Shown one piece after another: positions 41,341 to 51,947 of a DNA stretch of 64,000 nucleotides. This DNA is from an uncultured Gammaproteobacteria bacterium. Its GTDB lineage: Bacteria; Pseudomonadota; Gammaproteobacteria; Steroidobacterales; Woeseiaceae. The DNA lies in the NCBI GenBank assembly GCA_963777675.1, contig CAVZRD010000011.1, positions 5,741-69,740 on the forward strand, in the 5' to 3' direction. Below the pieces are notes generated by a model, which had not been told where the DNA came from, made no database searches, and was given only the letters and a program-made list of their open reading frames with translations. The position numbers and the translations under genes were made by a program. Position 1 is the stretch's first letter. Each line of letters starts with the position of its first letter.

Positions 41341-44300
41341 TCAGCCGGGCAGCGAATCGAGCAGTTGCTGAGCCTGCTGGCGTTGCGCTTCGTCACCCTC
41401 GTCGAGGACTTCCTCGAGGATCGAACGGGCACCGCTCGGATCGCCCATGTCGACGTAGGCACGTGCCAGGTCGAGCTTGGTGCCCACCTCGGTCATCGTG
41501 CGCGCGTCGTGCAGGTCGTCGTCGAGGTCTTCCGGCCCGAGCGACATGGTCGCCGCGTCTTCCTCGTCGTCCGCTGCGCGCCCCGGCCGCGGCTGCTCGA
41601 CCGTCGCGTCGTCGCGGACCTGCTCCACCGTATCGCCCGCGGCCTCGCTCACCTTGAGCGCGGCGGTGAGGTCGTCCAGGTCGAGATCCACATCGGTGCT
41701 CGCGATGGCCGGCATCTCGCCGGTCTCGTCCAGCTCCATGCTGCCGGTGAACGTATCCTTCGGCAGCGCCTCGGTCTTGGCGAAGTCGAAATCCTCGGAA
41801 TCGTCGTCGTCGAGACTCGCGAGCATTGTCTCCTGATCGTCGCCGAGCACATCGTCGGAGTCCTCGTCGCCGTAGTCCGACGCCAGCAGGGTTGCGTCCT
41901 CGTCGGACAGTTCCGCGCCGGCATCGGTCGTCGTGTCGACCGCGAGATCGGAACTCAGCACCTGCGTCATGCCGGTCGCGTCGAGGAGGTTGTCGTCTGC
42001 CTGCCGGTTGATACCCGTGTCGTCGAGAGACTCGTTAATGCCCGTGTCGTCGCTGCCCAGCGCTTCCTGCAGCCCGGTCGCGTCCTCGTCGATCTCGAGA
42101 TTGCGGCCGGTCTCGGCGGCCGAATCCGCGAGTTCGGCGTTGATGCCGGTATCCGACAGAGCCTCGGTCTCGCTCGTCGCATCGAGATCGTCCAGTGAGG
42201 CGAATTCGGTGTCGGCGAGGCCGTCGATGTCGAGACCGAGGTCGTCGAGGTTGATCTCGGCCGTGTGATCGCCGCCATGGCCACTGTCCTCGATGGCTTC
42301 ACCGAGGGTAGACTCGTCGAGCGACGGCAGTTCCGCCGTGCCCGACATCGCATCGAACTGTTCTTCGATCGTCGGTGATTCCAGCGCCGACTCGATCGTC
42401 GGCATTTCGGACGTACGATCGTCGGTCTGCATTTCGCGCGTCGCGTCCGTGTCGGCCGACATCTCCCGGGTCACTTCCGTGTCGGCCGACTCGACCGTCT
42501 CGTCGCCGGAATCGACGAAGAAATCGATCTCGTCGTCGCCGCCGCCGGCCGTGTCGTCGCTGCCAAAATCAACGAACTCGCCCGCATCCGAGTCGGCCAC
42601 GAGTTCCATGTCCAGCTTTCCGGTATCGCGCAGATCGCCCTCGTCGAAGGCCAGGTCGACGGCCTTGGTGGCGCCCTTGCCGACGGCGCCGGCGAACAGC
42701 TTGTCGTCTCCGGCGATCTGCTGACCCATGATCACGATCTTGTCCCAGTCGTCGCTGTCGCCCTCGCCGACTGCCGACTTGAGGCGGCGCGCCGCGTCGA
42801 TGAACGCGTCACGGTTGCCCCACACGAAATAGATCTCGCACAGCTTGGTCAGCAGGTCCGGGCGCTTCGGCTCCACTTCGAGTGCACCGTTGACGAGGTC
42901 CGCCGCCTGATCGTAGAGACCGTAGGCCATGTGGAAGTCGGCTTCGGCGATCGGATCGGACTGATCCAGGTTGATCGCCGTCTCGCTGCTGAAGGTATCC
43001 TCGAGAGAGCCGAAAGTCCCCGTCTCATCCTTTGCACCGGCTTCCTCCTCGAAGGAGGGCGGCGGCGTGACGACGGTCTTCTCGACGTCGGCGCGCCGTG
43101 ACTTGGAATCCTGTTCGACGACGACGATCGACTCGTCGTCGGCGTCCAGCGCACGCATGCCGCCCGTCGCCGAGAGGTCGTCGCCCATCTCGTCGGCATC
43201 CAGCGGCTGCCAGGAGTCGACGTCGTCGTCGTCGCCGCCACCGCGGCGCATCATCCAGAACAGCAGAGCCGCGACGATCGCGAGAGCGATAATGATGATC
43301 ATCCAGTAGCTCTTCAACAGGTCCATCGCCTGGTCGACGAATCCCGGTTTGGCTTGCTCCGTGTGGATGATCTGCGACGGCGGCGCCTGTTCGGCCGGCT
43401 TCTCGGCGGGCTGCTCCGCCGCCTCGCCCGCTGTTTCCTCGCCCTCCGCGGCAGGCGTCTCCTCGCCCTGTTCGGCCTTGATCTCGCCCGGCTCGGGTGC
43501 CTGTTCGGCTTCCCCGGCGGCCGGCTGCTCCGGCTGCTCGCTGATCTCGCCGCGGATCCGCGCCAGCTCCGCCCTCAGCGCCGCCAGCTCGTTGTTACGG
43601 ATCTGCAGCAGCGACTGTTGCTGCGGCGGCTCTTCGGCCTCGATCTCGGCGATACGCTTCTCGATTTCGTCCTCGCGGGACATCGGCTGCGCCGGGGTCT
43701 CGGCTTGTTCACCGGCTTCGGGCTCGGGCTGCGCCTGCCCTGCCGGGGCCGCGCCGGCCGTCTCGGCTTCGTATCCCTGGTCGGGCGGCACCAGCGTCAG
43801 GCTCGGCCTGGTCTCCGTCTCGGTCGCTGCCGGCGCCGCTGCGCCACCGCGCCAGGCGTCGTTCTGGCGCCTGGCTTCGGCAAGCGCGTCGCCGCGATCG
43901 ATGCGGAAGATATCGTCCGCACTCGGGATCCGCAGCCGCGAACCGGCCCGCAGGATATTGATGTTGCCCCCGAACGCCTCCGGATTGGCCTGGAAGATCG
44001 CCATCATCGTCTGGTTCATCGTCAGGCGGCTGTCGGGACGCACGCGCTGGGCGATGCTCCAGAGCGTGTCGTGGCGCTGCACGAGCACCTCACCGCCGGC
44101 GTTGGTCTCGAACGGCGCCTGCGCCTGCTCCGGCGGGGCGGGCGCAGGCGTCGCAGCGGGTTGCCGGACCGGTGCGGGCGTCTCGCGCGGCTGCGGCTGT
44201 GCGGCCACCGGCGCCGGGCGCTCGATGCGGCCGCTGTCGGCCGGCGCCGTGCGCGCGGGCGCCTGCACGGGTGGCTGCGCGGCCTCGGCCGGGGGCGCAT

Positions 44301-44697
44301 AGGTCGGCGGATCGAGCAACACCGTGTACTCGCGTAACAGGCGGCCGCGCGACCAGGTTGCTTCGACGAGGAACGTCAGGAACGGCTCCGACATCGGCGT
44401 CGTGGACGTCACGAGGACGACGTTGCCTTCGGCCTTGCCGCTGTGGACGATCTGGAACTGGAGATTCTGCAGATAATAGGGACGATCGAGGCCGTAGCGT
44501 TCGAACGTCTGGGCCGACGCGAGCCCGATCTTGAGATTGTTCAGCTCCTCGGACGAAGCCGACAACAATTCGATCCGAGCGCGCAGCGGCTCATTGAGTG
44601 CGGATTCAAGACGAATGTCTCCCAGGCCCAGGGCCCAGACCTCGCTCGATAGCAATATCAAGAGTACAAGCGAGATTCGAGAGAGTCGTCGCGACAT
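41341..44697 (-). CDS. fimV: FimV-family type IV pilus / polar-organising protein (LysM, TM, long acidic region, FimV C-terminal motif)
   Basis: Intact 1118 aa. N-terminal ALGLGDIRLESALNEPLRARIEL..REYTVLLDPP, LysM-like VLVQRHDTLWSIAQRV..ILRAGSRLRIP, one TM (YWMIIIIALAIVAALLFWMM), C-terminus TKLDLARAYVDMGDPSGARSILEEVL. asd-fimV-truA synteny as in Pseudomonas. Confidence 0.9.
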   Translation of the reverse strand: MSRRLSRISLVLLILLSSEVWALGLGDIRLESALNEPLRARIELLSASSEELNNLKIGLASAQTFERYGLDRPYYLQNLQFQIVHSGKAEGNVVLVTSTTPMSEPFLTFLVEATWSRGRLLREYTVLLDPPTYAPPAEAAQPPVQAPARTAPADSGRIERPAPVAAQPQPRETPAPVRQPAATPAPAPPEQAQAPFETNAGGEVLVQRHDTLWSIAQRVRPDSRLTMNQTMMAIFQANPEAFGGNINILRAGSRLRIPSADDIFRIDRGDALAEARRQNDAWRGGAAAPAATETETRPSLTLVPPDQGYEAETAGAAPAGQAQPEPEAGEQAETPAQPMSREDEIEKRIAEIEAEEPPQQQSLLQIRNNELAALRAELARIRGEISEQPEQPAAGEAEQAPEPGEIKAEQGEETPAAEGEETAGEAAEQPAEKPAEQAPPSQIIHTEQAKPGFVDQAMDLLKSYWMIIIIALAIVAALLFWMMRRGGGDDDDVDSWQPLDADEMGDDLSATGGMRALDADDESIVVVEQDSKSRRADVEKTVVTPPPSFEEEAGAKDETGTFGSLEDTFSSETAINLDQSDPIAEADFHMAYGLYDQAADLVNGALEVEPKRPDLLTKLCEIYFVWGNRDAFIDAARRLKSAVGEGDSDDWDKIVIMGQQIAGDDKLFAGAVGKGATKAVDLAFDEGDLRDTGKLDMELVADSDAGEFVDFGSDDTAGGGDDEIDFFVDSGDETVESADTEVTREMSADTDATREMQTDDRTSEMPTIESALESPTIEEQFDAMSGTAELPSLDESTLGEAIEDSGHGGDHTAEINLDDLGLDIDGLADTEFASLDDLDATSETEALSDTGINAELADSAAETGRNLEIDEDATGLQEALGSDDTGINESLDDTGINRQADDNLLDATGMTQVLSSDLAVDTTTDAGAELSDEDATLLASDYGDEDSDDVLGDDQETMLASLDDDDSEDFDFAKTEALPKDTFTGSMELDETGEMPAIASTDVDLDLDDLTAALKVSEAAGDTVEQVRDDATVEQPRPGRAADDEEDAATMSLGPEDLDDDLHDARTMTEVGTKLDLARAYVDMGDPSGARSILEEVLDEGDEAQRQQAQQLLDSLPG

Positions 44698-44796
44698 AGT
44701 GTTTATCTCCAGCTCCCGTATTGCCCCTGGGATGACGCCGGTGAGGGGCGTGGTCGTCGCAGGCAGGCCGTTTTACATATGGCCCCGAACTATAGC

Positions 44797-45819
44797 TTAT
44801 AAATGGTTTTTCGCCAATATTTCAGCAATTTGGACGCTATTTAGAGCGGCGCCCTTACGTATGTTGTCCGATACGACCCACAGATTGATGCCGCGCGGAT
44901 GCGATATGTCCTCACGCACGCGTCCGACGTACACCGGGTCCGTTCCGGCAGCGTTGCTCACGGCAGTCGGATACTCGCCGGTTCGAACGCCGTCGAGCAG
45001 CGTCACGCCCGGGGCGTCGCGCAACAGCTCGCACACTTCCTCGGCCGAAATCTTGTCTGTCGTCTCGATGTGCACGGCCTCGGAGTGCCCGAAAAACACC
45101 GGGATACGGACGGCGGTCGCATTCACGAGGATGCTCTCGTCGGCGAAGATCTTGCGCGTCTCCCAGACCATCTTCATCTCTTCCCTGGTGTAGCGATTGT
45201 CCTGGAATACGTCGATGTGCGGCACCGCGTTGAAGGCGATCTGCCGCACCTCGCCCTCGAGCTCGAGCGGCCTGCCGTTCAGCAACTCCGCCGTCTGCCG
45301 GGCGAGTTCGTCGATGGCGCGCCTGCCGGCGCCCGAGACCGACTGATACGTCGCGACGTTGATGCGCTCGATGCCGGCGGCGTCGTAGATCGGCTTCAGT
45401 GCGACAACCATCTGGATCGTCGAGCAGTTCGGGTTCGCGATGATGCCGCGGTTGACGTAGTCGGCTATCGCCTCGGGATTCACTTCGGGTACCACCAGCG
45501 GTATGTCGTCGTCGTAACGGAAGTGCGAGGTGTTGTCGATGACGACGCAGCCGGCGGCCGCCGCTTTCGGCGCGAATTTCGCCGAGATCGAACCGCCGGC
45601 CGAGAACAGGCCGATCGCCACGGTCGAGAAATCGAAGTCGGCGAGGTCTTCAACGACCAGTTCGTCGTCGCCGAATGCGACCTTGTTGCCGGCCGAGCGC
45701 TCGCTCGCGAGCGCATGCACGTTGCCGACCGGGAATTTGCGCTCGACGAGCACCTCGAGCATCGATTCCCCGACGACCCCGGTGGCGCCCGCGACGGCGA
45801 TATCGAATGTTTTGGCCAT
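44797..45819 (-). CDS. asd: Aspartate-semialdehyde dehydrogenase (Asd / USG-1 family, 340 aa)
   Basis: Start at MAKTFDIAVAGATGVVG (ATG 45819). Active-site IANPNCSTIQM, SVSGAG. Confidence 0.88.
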   Translation of the reverse strand: MAKTFDIAVAGATGVVGESMLEVLVERKFPVGNVHALASERSAGNKVAFGDDELVVEDLADFDFSTVAIGLFSAGGSISAKFAPKAAAAGCVVIDNTSHFRYDDDIPLVVPEVNPEAIADYVNRGIIANPNCSTIQMVVALKPIYDAAGIERINVATYQSVSGAGRRAIDELARQTAELLNGRPLELEGEVRQIAFNAVPHIDVFQDNRYTREEMKMVWETRKIFADESILVNATAVRIPVFFGHSEAVHIETTDKISAEEVCELLRDAPGVTLLDGVRTGEYPTAVSNAAGTDPVYVGRVREDISHPRGINLWVVSDNIRKGAALNSVQIAEILAKNHL

Positions 45820-45843
45820 GTTGTTGAGTGTACCTAGGGTTCG

Positions 45844-45867
45844 ATCGCGGCTAAAGCCGCTCCTACA
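45844..45867. repeat. REP variant A2, single copy
   Basis: ATCGCGGCTAAAGCCGCTCCTACA in the aroC-asd gap. Confidence 0.9.
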
Positions 45868-45892
45868 GACGCGATTCGGGCACGGCGCTTGA

Positions 45893-46978
45893 TTACAGGA
45901 CCGGCGTCGTGGATTCGACGTCCGCATTCTGTGCGCGATTGCGCAGATAATGATCCATCAGGACGAGCGCGATCATCGCCTCGGCGATCGGCGTCGCCCG
46001 CAGGCCGACACAGGGATCGTGCCGGCCCGTGGTGACGATCTCGGTCTGTTTTCCGGACTTGTCGATCGTCTTGCCCGGCACGGAGATGCTCGAGGTCGGC
46101 TTGAGCGCGATGCTCGCGAGCAGGTCCTGTCCGGACGAGATGCCGCCGAGCGTGCCGCCGGCGTCGTTCTTGTTGAAGCCGTCGGGTCCGATTTCGTCGC
46201 GGTGCTGGCTGCCGCGCTGCGTGACGGCCGCGAACCCGGCGCCGAGCTCGACGCCCTTGACCGCGTTGATGCTCATCAGCGCGTGCCCGATGTCTCCTTC
46301 CAGCTTGTCGAACACCGGCTCGCCCAGACCGGGCGGGAGATTCGTGGCCAGCACGCTGATCTTCGCGCCGATCGAATCGCCCGCCTCCCGCAGCTCGTCC
46401 ATGAAGGTCTCGAGCTCGTCGAGCCGGCCAGGGTCCGCGCAGAAGAACGGATTCTGATCGACGATCGACAGGTCCTTCGCCGCGAGCCGGATCGGACCGA
46501 GCTGCGAAACGTATCCGGTGATCTCGACGCCGAGGCGCTCGCGCAGATACTTGCGGGCGATCGCGCCGGCGGCGACGCGCATCGCCGTCTCCCGCGCGGA
46601 GGAACGGCCGCCTCCGCGGTAGTCGCGGATGCCGTATTTCTGTTGATAGGTGTAATCCGCATGGCCGGGCCGGAACTTGTCCTTGATATCGCCGTAGTCC
46701 TTCGACCGCTGGTCGAGGTTCTCGATCAGGAGTCCGATCGGTGTGCCCGTGGTGACGCCCTCGAACACGCCCGACAGGATGCGCACCTGGTCGGGCTCGT
46801 TGCGCTGCGTCGTGTGCTTCGAGCGCCCCGGACGGCGCCGGTCGAGATCGTGCTGGATGTCCCTGTCGGCGAGTGCCATGCCCGGCGGACAGCCGTCGAC
46901 CACGCAGCCGATCGCCGGACCGTGGCTCTCCCCGAACGTGGTGACGACGAACGATCGTCCGAAACTGTTACCTGACAT
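45893..46978 (-). CDS. aroC: Chorismate synthase
   Basis: Intact 361 aa. [31 protein letters not shown]. Confidence 0.95.
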   Translation of the reverse strand: MSGNSFGRSFVVTTFGESHGPAIGCVVDGCPPGMALADRDIQHDLDRRRPGRSKHTTQRNEPDQVRILSGVFEGVTTGTPIGLLIENLDQRSKDYGDIKDKFRPGHADYTYQQKYGIRDYRGGGRSSARETAMRVAAGAIARKYLRERLGVEITGYVSQLGPIRLAAKDLSIVDQNPFFCADPGRLDELETFMDELREAGDSIGAKISVLATNLPPGLGEPVFDKLEGDIGHALMSINAVKGVELGAGFAAVTQRGSQHRDEIGPDGFNKNDAGGTLGGISSGQDLLASIALKPTSSISVPGKTIDKSGKQTEIVTTGRHDPCVGLRATPIAEAMIALVLMDHYLRNRAQNADVESTTPVL

Positions 46979-47840
46979 GCTCGAGATCCTGTTTGGTCAG
47001 CAGGAACACACCCGACCCGCCGTGCTCGAACTCAAGCCAGGTGAATTCCAGATCGGGATACGCCCGTTCCAGTGCCGCCCGGCTGTCGCCGACTTCGCAA
47101 ACGAGTATTCCATCGTTGTCGAGAAAACGCGACGCATCATGCAGGATCGTGCGGACCGAATCCAGACCGTCCCGTCCCGCCGCCAGGCCGCCCGCCGGCT
47201 CGTGCCGGAACTCCTCGGGCAGCGCGTCCATCGCCGGCTCGTCGACGTAGGGCGGATTGCTCACGATCAGGGAGTATCGGCGCCCCGTGAGGTCTTCGAA
47301 GAAATCGGAACGGACGAGCCGCACCCGGTCGGCGACGCCGTGCCGGGCCACGTTGATCGTCGCGACCTCGAGTGCCGCCGCCGACAGGTCCACCGCGTCG
47401 ACGGTAGCCTGCGGGAACGCCTTCGCGATGGCGATCGCGATGCAGCCGCTGCCGGTGCCGAGATCGGCGGCGGCCGTCACGCGGTCCGCGTCGATCCAGG
47501 GCTCGAAGCGGCGGAGAATCAGCTCCGCGATCGGCGAGCGCGGCACCAGCACGCGTTCGTCGACGTAGAAGCGCAGGCCCGCGAACCACGCCTCGTTGAG
47601 GAGATAGGCGAGCGGCACGCGCTCGCCCACGCGCCGCTCGGCCAACGCCTCGATGGCCTCGAGCGCCTGCGCATCGACGCGCTGCGCGTACTGCGCCGCC
47701 GCATCCTCGTGCGCGAGGCCGAGGCGATCGAATACGAGCCAGGCGGCCTCGTCGACGGCATTGTCCGTGCCGTGGCCGTAAGCGAGGCCGGCCTGCTCGA
47801 AACGCGCGGCGATACGGCGGATCAGCTGCTCTACCGTCAT
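46968..47840 (-). CDS. prmB: 50S ribosomal protein L3 glutamine N5-methyltransferase PrmB
   Basis: 290 aa from [14 protein letters not shown] (ATG 47840). [15 protein letters not shown] motif (IVSNPPYV). prmB-aroC overlap of 11 nt as in many gammaproteobacteria. Confidence 0.9.
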   Translation of the reverse strand: MTVEQLIRRIAARFEQAGLAYGHGTDNAVDEAAWLVFDRLGLAHEDAAAQYAQRVDAQALEAIEALAERRVGERVPLAYLLNEAWFAGLRFYVDERVLVPRSPIAELILRRFEPWIDADRVTAAADLGTGSGCIAIAIAKAFPQATVDAVDLSAAALEVATINVARHGVADRVRLVRSDFFEDLTGRRYSLIVSNPPYVDEPAMDALPEEFRHEPAGGLAAGRDGLDSVRTILHDASRFLDNDGILVCEVGDSRAALERAYPDLEFTWLEFEHGGSGVFLLTKQDLEHVR

Positions 47841-47903
47841 CGGTTTGCCTGAACACACCGACATATATAATGTCTCATCCCCTGATATTCCACCCGGGTT
47901 CCC

Positions 47904-48515
47904 ATGACCGCAAGAAACCTGTTCATCGCCGGTGTCGCCATCGTCGCAATCGCCACGGGCCTGTGGTTCTCGCTGGAACTCGCGACGCCGCCGCCGGCGA
48001 CGCGGTCGGCGACCGTGTTCCCCGAGCCGGGCGAACTCCCCGAATTCTCGCTGCTCGACCAGGATGGCAACGCGATCGACCGCAGCGTCTTCGACGGCCA
48101 GTGGGACCTGCTGTACTTCGGCTACACGAACTGCCCCGACATCTGCCCGCTGACGCTGGCCGAACTCGCGAAGGCACGCCAGCAGCTCGCCGCGGCGGGC
48201 ACGGAAGCACCTCGCATCGTGTTCGTCAGCGTCGACCCCGAACGCGACACGCCGGACGTCGTCGCGAAGTACATCGCCAATTTCGGCGACGGCAATCTCG
48301 GCATCACCGGCGACCTCGACCAGATCCGCAAGTTCGCGAAAGGTTTGGGGATATTCTTCGCCAAAGGGCGCGAGGAAGGCGGCATGTACTCGGTCGACCA
48401 TTCGAGCGTCGTGCTCGTCGTCGATCCGCACGCGAAGCTGCGCGCCCTGTTCAGCGCGCCGCACAAGGCGGACGACTTTGTCCACGACCTGCCGATCATA
48501 ATGGCACGCAACTGA
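47904..48515 (+). CDS. SCO1/SenC family copper chaperone (thioredoxin fold)
   Basis: Intact 203 aa. TM anchor, CPDICP motif, conserved His (VDHSS). Confidence 0.88.
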   Translation: MTARNLFIAGVAIVAIATGLWFSLELATPPPATRSATVFPEPGELPEFSLLDQDGNAIDRSVFDGQWDLLYFGYTNCPDICPLTLAELAKARQQLAAAGTEAPRIVFVSVDPERDTPDVVAKYIANFGDGNLGITGDLDQIRKFAKGLGIFFAKGREEGGMYSVDHSSVVLVVDPHAKLRALFSAPHKADDFVHDLPIIMARN

Positions 48516-48925
48516 TGCGGGCGAGGTTGGCGACGCTTGTGATCTTCGCGCTTGCGGCCTGCTCGGCGCAGCGGCCGCCGCTCGTCGCCAGCGACATCGA
48601 CCTGCGGCCGCCGCTGCCGGGCACACAGATGGGCGCCGGCTACCTGACACTGACCAACAACACGGAAGACCCGATCAAGATCACGAAGGTGACCAGCCCG
48701 CAGTATGACGCCGTCCAGATGCACGAGTCGGTCGTCGAGAACGGCATCGCGAAGATGCGGCCGCTCGACTCGGTGACCGTGCCGGCGCACGGCAGCGTGA
48801 CCTTCGAACCGGGCGCCAGGCACCTGATGCTGATGCGGCCGACCGGATCCGGCGCAGGCGTGACGCTGCATTTCATGGCCGGCGACAGCCTCGTGCTGAC
48901 AGTGAACGTGCCCGGCAAAGACTGA
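48515..48925 (+). CDS. Periplasmic copper chaperone PCu(A)C (DUF461)
   Basis: 136 aa from [16 protein letters not shown] (lipoprotein-like). H..M..HxM pattern ([22 protein letters not shown]). The ATG overlaps the SCO TGA (TGATG). Confidence 0.8.
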   Translation: MRARLATLVIFALAACSAQRPPLVASDIDLRPPLPGTQMGAGYLTLTNNTEDPIKITKVTSPQYDAVQMHESVVENGIAKMRPLDSVTVPAHGSVTFEPGARHLMLMRPTGSGAGVTLHFMAGDSLVLTVNVPGKD

Positions 48926-48931
48926 ACCGAG

Positions 48932-49795
48932 ATGCTCGAGCGCCTGTTTGTCCTGGTGCAGTATGCGTTGCCGCGCTACTGGCTCACTGCGCTGGTGTAC
49001 CGTTGCACCCGGATCCGGTCACGTGCCTTCAAGAACTTCCTTATCCGCCGCTTCGTGCGCCTCTACGACGTCGACCTCGACGACGTCATGCTCGAGGTGC
49101 CCGACGGCTTTGCGACGTTCAACGACTTCTTCGTGCGCGAGCTCGCCGACGGCGCGCGGCCGATCGCCCCGGAACCGGATGCGCTCGTCTCGCCGGTGGA
49201 CGGCACCGTCAGCAGCGCAGGGCGGCTGCGCGGCAACTCCATACTGCAGGCCAAGGGCATCGACTACTCGCTGACCGAACTGCTCGCGGCGGACATCGAC
49301 GACGCACGGCTGTTCGCCGACGGAACGTTTGCCACGCTGTATCTCGCGCCCCACAACTACCATCGCGTACACGCACCCGTCGACGGTGAGCTGGTCAAGG
49401 CCCATTACGTACCCGGCGACCTGTTCAGCGTCAATGGCCCGACCGTGGCCCGCCTTCCGGGCCTGTTCTGCCGCAACGAGCGCTTGCTCCTGCACTTTTC
49501 GGCGGCGATCGGCCGCGTCATCGTGGTGTTGGTCGGTGCCATGAATGTCGGCAGCATCAGCACGCCGTGGACCGGTGAGATCCGGCCGCGGAGAAGCGGT
49601 ATCGTCGAATCGCTCGCACTCGGGGCCGCGCCGGCGGCCGTACGCAAGGGCGCTCTCCTCGGCTGGTTCAACATGGGCTCCACCGTCATCGTCCTGCTGC
49701 CCGGCGGCGCCTGCGACTGGATGGACGGTCTCACCGCCGGCGCGGCGGTGCGCATGGGCGCGCGGATCGGCCGGCTCACGGGCGGCCGCCCGTGA
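48932..49795 (+). CDS. psd: Phosphatidylserine decarboxylase proenzyme
   Basis: Intact 287 aa. FNMGSTVIVL self-cleavage site, YLAPHNYHRVH. Confidence 0.93.
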   Translation: MLERLFVLVQYALPRYWLTALVYRCTRIRSRAFKNFLIRRFVRLYDVDLDDVMLEVPDGFATFNDFFVRELADGARPIAPEPDALVSPVDGTVSSAGRLRGNSILQAKGIDYSLTELLAADIDDARLFADGTFATLYLAPHNYHRVHAPVDGELVKAHYVPGDLFSVNGPTVARLPGLFCRNERLLLHFSAAIGRVIVVLVGAMNVGSISTPWTGEIRPRRSGIVESLALGAAPAAVRKGALLGWFNMGSTVIVLLPGGACDWMDGLTAGAAVRMGARIGRLTGGRP

Positions 49796-50757
49796 GCAGC
49801 TGGCGGCCGTGTTCCGGCGTGGCGGCGGCGCGCAGCCGCGCGGCACTGCTCGAGCGGGCGCGCGCGTACTTCGCCGGCGCCGGGATCCTGGCGGTGGATA
49901 CGCCGGCATTGACGCGTTACGCCGTGACCGATCCGCACATCGACAGCCTGACGGCGCAGTCGTCAACGGGCGGCTATTTCCTGCACACGTCTCCCGAGTT
50001 CTGCATGAAACGCCTGCTCGCGGCCGGCTTCCCGGACATTTACTCGATCTGCCGCGTATTCCGCGACGGCGAGTCCGGCGCACGCCATGCGCCGGAGTTC
50101 ACGATGATCGAATGGTATCGGCTGGGCTACTCGCTGGCGGACATCGTCGAGGACACGCTGCGCCTGATCGCGCGGTGCCTGGACGATCCCGCGCTGGCCG
50201 GGCGTGTCGAGATCGTCGACTACGGCGAGGCGCTCCGCCGCCATGCCGGGCTGGACGCCTTCGGCGCCGGCATCGACGAGCTGGCCGCGGTGACGGCCGC
50301 GGATGACCGCCTGCGCCGTGAGATCGGCGACGAGCGCGACGTCTGGCTCGATCTCGTCATGAGTACCGTCGTCGCCCCGAGCCTGCCGGCCGACCGGCTG
50401 ACCGTCGTCCGCCACTACCCGGCGAGCCAGGCGGCGCTGGCGCGGACCTGCCCGGCCGACGCGCGCGTCGCGGACCGTTTCGAAGTGTTCCGCGGCGCGA
50501 TGGAACTCGCGAACGGCTACGTCGAGTTGACCGACGCCGACGTACAGCGTGGACGCTTCGATGACGACCTCGACATGCGGCAACGGCTCGGACGCGAGGC
50601 CGTCCCCTGGGACCGCCACCTGGTCGATGCGCTGCGCGCAGGCCTTCCCGACTGCGCCGGCGTCGCGGTCGGCTTGGAGCGCTTGCAGATGGTCCTCGAC
50701 GGGACGGACGCTATACGCGACGTGATGACTTTCGAAAGCGAGCACGCGGATGCCTGA
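49792..50757 (+). CDS. epmA: Elongation factor P--(R)-beta-lysine ligase EpmA (PoxA/GenX)
   Basis: Intact 321 aa. Class II aaRS-like core LHTSPEFCMKRLLAAGFPDIYSICRVFRDGESGARHAPEFTMIEWY. The GTG start overlaps the psd stop (GTGA). Confidence 0.88.
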   Translation: MSSWRPCSGVAAARSRAALLERARAYFAGAGILAVDTPALTRYAVTDPHIDSLTAQSSTGGYFLHTSPEFCMKRLLAAGFPDIYSICRVFRDGESGARHAPEFTMIEWYRLGYSLADIVEDTLRLIARCLDDPALAGRVEIVDYGEALRRHAGLDAFGAGIDELAAVTAADDRLRREIGDERDVWLDLVMSTVVAPSLPADRLTVVRHYPASQAALARTCPADARVADRFEVFRGAMELANGYVELTDADVQRGRFDDDLDMRQRLGREAVPWDRHLVDALRAGLPDCAGVAVGLERLQMVLDGTDAIRDVMTFESEHADA

Positions 50758-51223
50758 CACCGACTACGCACTCCTTGCGAGCCAGCTTCGCGCGCTCGTC
50801 GCCGGCGAATCCGACCCGTTGGCAAACGCGTCCAACTTCGTGGCGCTGTTGTACGACGCACTGGCGGACGTTAACTGGCTGGGCATCTACGTGCTGCGCG
50901 GCGACGACCTCGTGCTCGGCCCGTTCCAGGGCCAACCCGCATGCGTGCGCATCCCGCTCGGCAACGGCGTCTGCGGTACGGCCGCCGCGACCGAGACGAC
51001 ACAGCGTGTCGCCGACGTGCACGCGTTCCCGGGCCACATCGTCTGCGACCCGGTATCGCGCTCGGAACTCGTCGTGCCGCTGTCGATGGACGGGAGGCTC
51101 GTCGGCGTGCTCGACGTCGACAGCCCGGCGCTGGATCGCTTCGGCGAGGCGGATCAGGCCGGCATCGAGTCCCTGTGCGCGGCGTTCTGCGAATCGCTTG
51201 CGGCCGGCGCCCGTTTTATTTGA
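50750..51223 (+). CDS. msrC: GAF-domain protein, free methionine-(R)-sulfoxide reductase-like (MsrC/YebR)
   Basis: Intact 157 aa. [44 protein letters not shown] matches the YebR family pattern. Confidence 0.8.
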   Translation: MPDTDYALLASQLRALVAGESDPLANASNFVALLYDALADVNWLGIYVLRGDDLVLGPFQGQPACVRIPLGNGVCGTAAATETTQRVADVHAFPGHIVCDPVSRSELVVPLSMDGRLVGVLDVDSPALDRFGEADQAGIESLCAAFCESLAAGARFI

Positions 51224-51782
51224 CGCGCGAGACGTACTCGCGGGAACGCGTGTCCACCCGGATCACTTCGTTCTGATCGACGAACAGGGGCACGCGGACC
51301 ACGGCGCCGGTGGACAACTTGGCCGGCTTCACGCCCCCGCTGGCGGTATCGCCCTTGACGCCGGGATCGGTCTCGACGATCTCGAGTTCGACGAAGTTCG
51401 GCGGCTCGACGAGCAGCGGCGCGTTGTTCCAGAGCGTGACCTGACACATGTCGCCGTCGCTGATCCAGTCCCGCGTATCGCCTACCGCGCTCTCGTCGGC
51501 GGCGTATTGTTCGAACGTATCCGGTTTCATGAAGTGCCAGAATTCCCCGTCCGCATACAGGTACTGCATCGGGGTATCGATGACGTCGGCGGCTTCGATG
51601 CTCTCGCCCGACTTGAAGGTCTTGTCGACTGTCCGGCCGGTCTTCAGGTTCTTTACGCGAACGCGGTTGAACGCCTGACCCTTGCCCGGCTTGACGAATT
51701 CATTCTCGACGATGATGTAGGGATCGGCGTCGATGATGATCTTGAGTCCGGCGCGAAACTCGTTGGTGCTGTAATTTGCCAT
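51216..51782 (-). CDS. efp: Elongation factor P
   Basis: Intact 188 aa. [15 protein letters not shown].., modification loop VKPGKGQAF (Lys34). Converges on msrC with an 8-nt overlap. Confidence 0.95.
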   Translation of the reverse strand: MANYSTNEFRAGLKIIIDADPYIIVENEFVKPGKGQAFNRVRVKNLKTGRTVDKTFKSGESIEAADVIDTPMQYLYADGEFWHFMKPDTFEQYAADESAVGDTRDWISDGDMCQVTLWNNAPLLVEPPNFVELEIVETDPGVKGDTASGGVKPAKLSTGAVVRVPLFVDQNEVIRVDTRSREYVSRVK

Positions 51783-51947
51783 AATCCGGAATTCTACCCG
51801 AGTCGTCGGGGGGTGCCCATGGGGGCCGCAATTATCACAATGAATCCGCTATTTGCACACCGAAATTTGATACCCGTCACGAATTTGACACGCCGGGAGA
51901 GACTGCCCGGGAGGCGGTGCTAGACTCACAATCCTTTAACAGAATCC

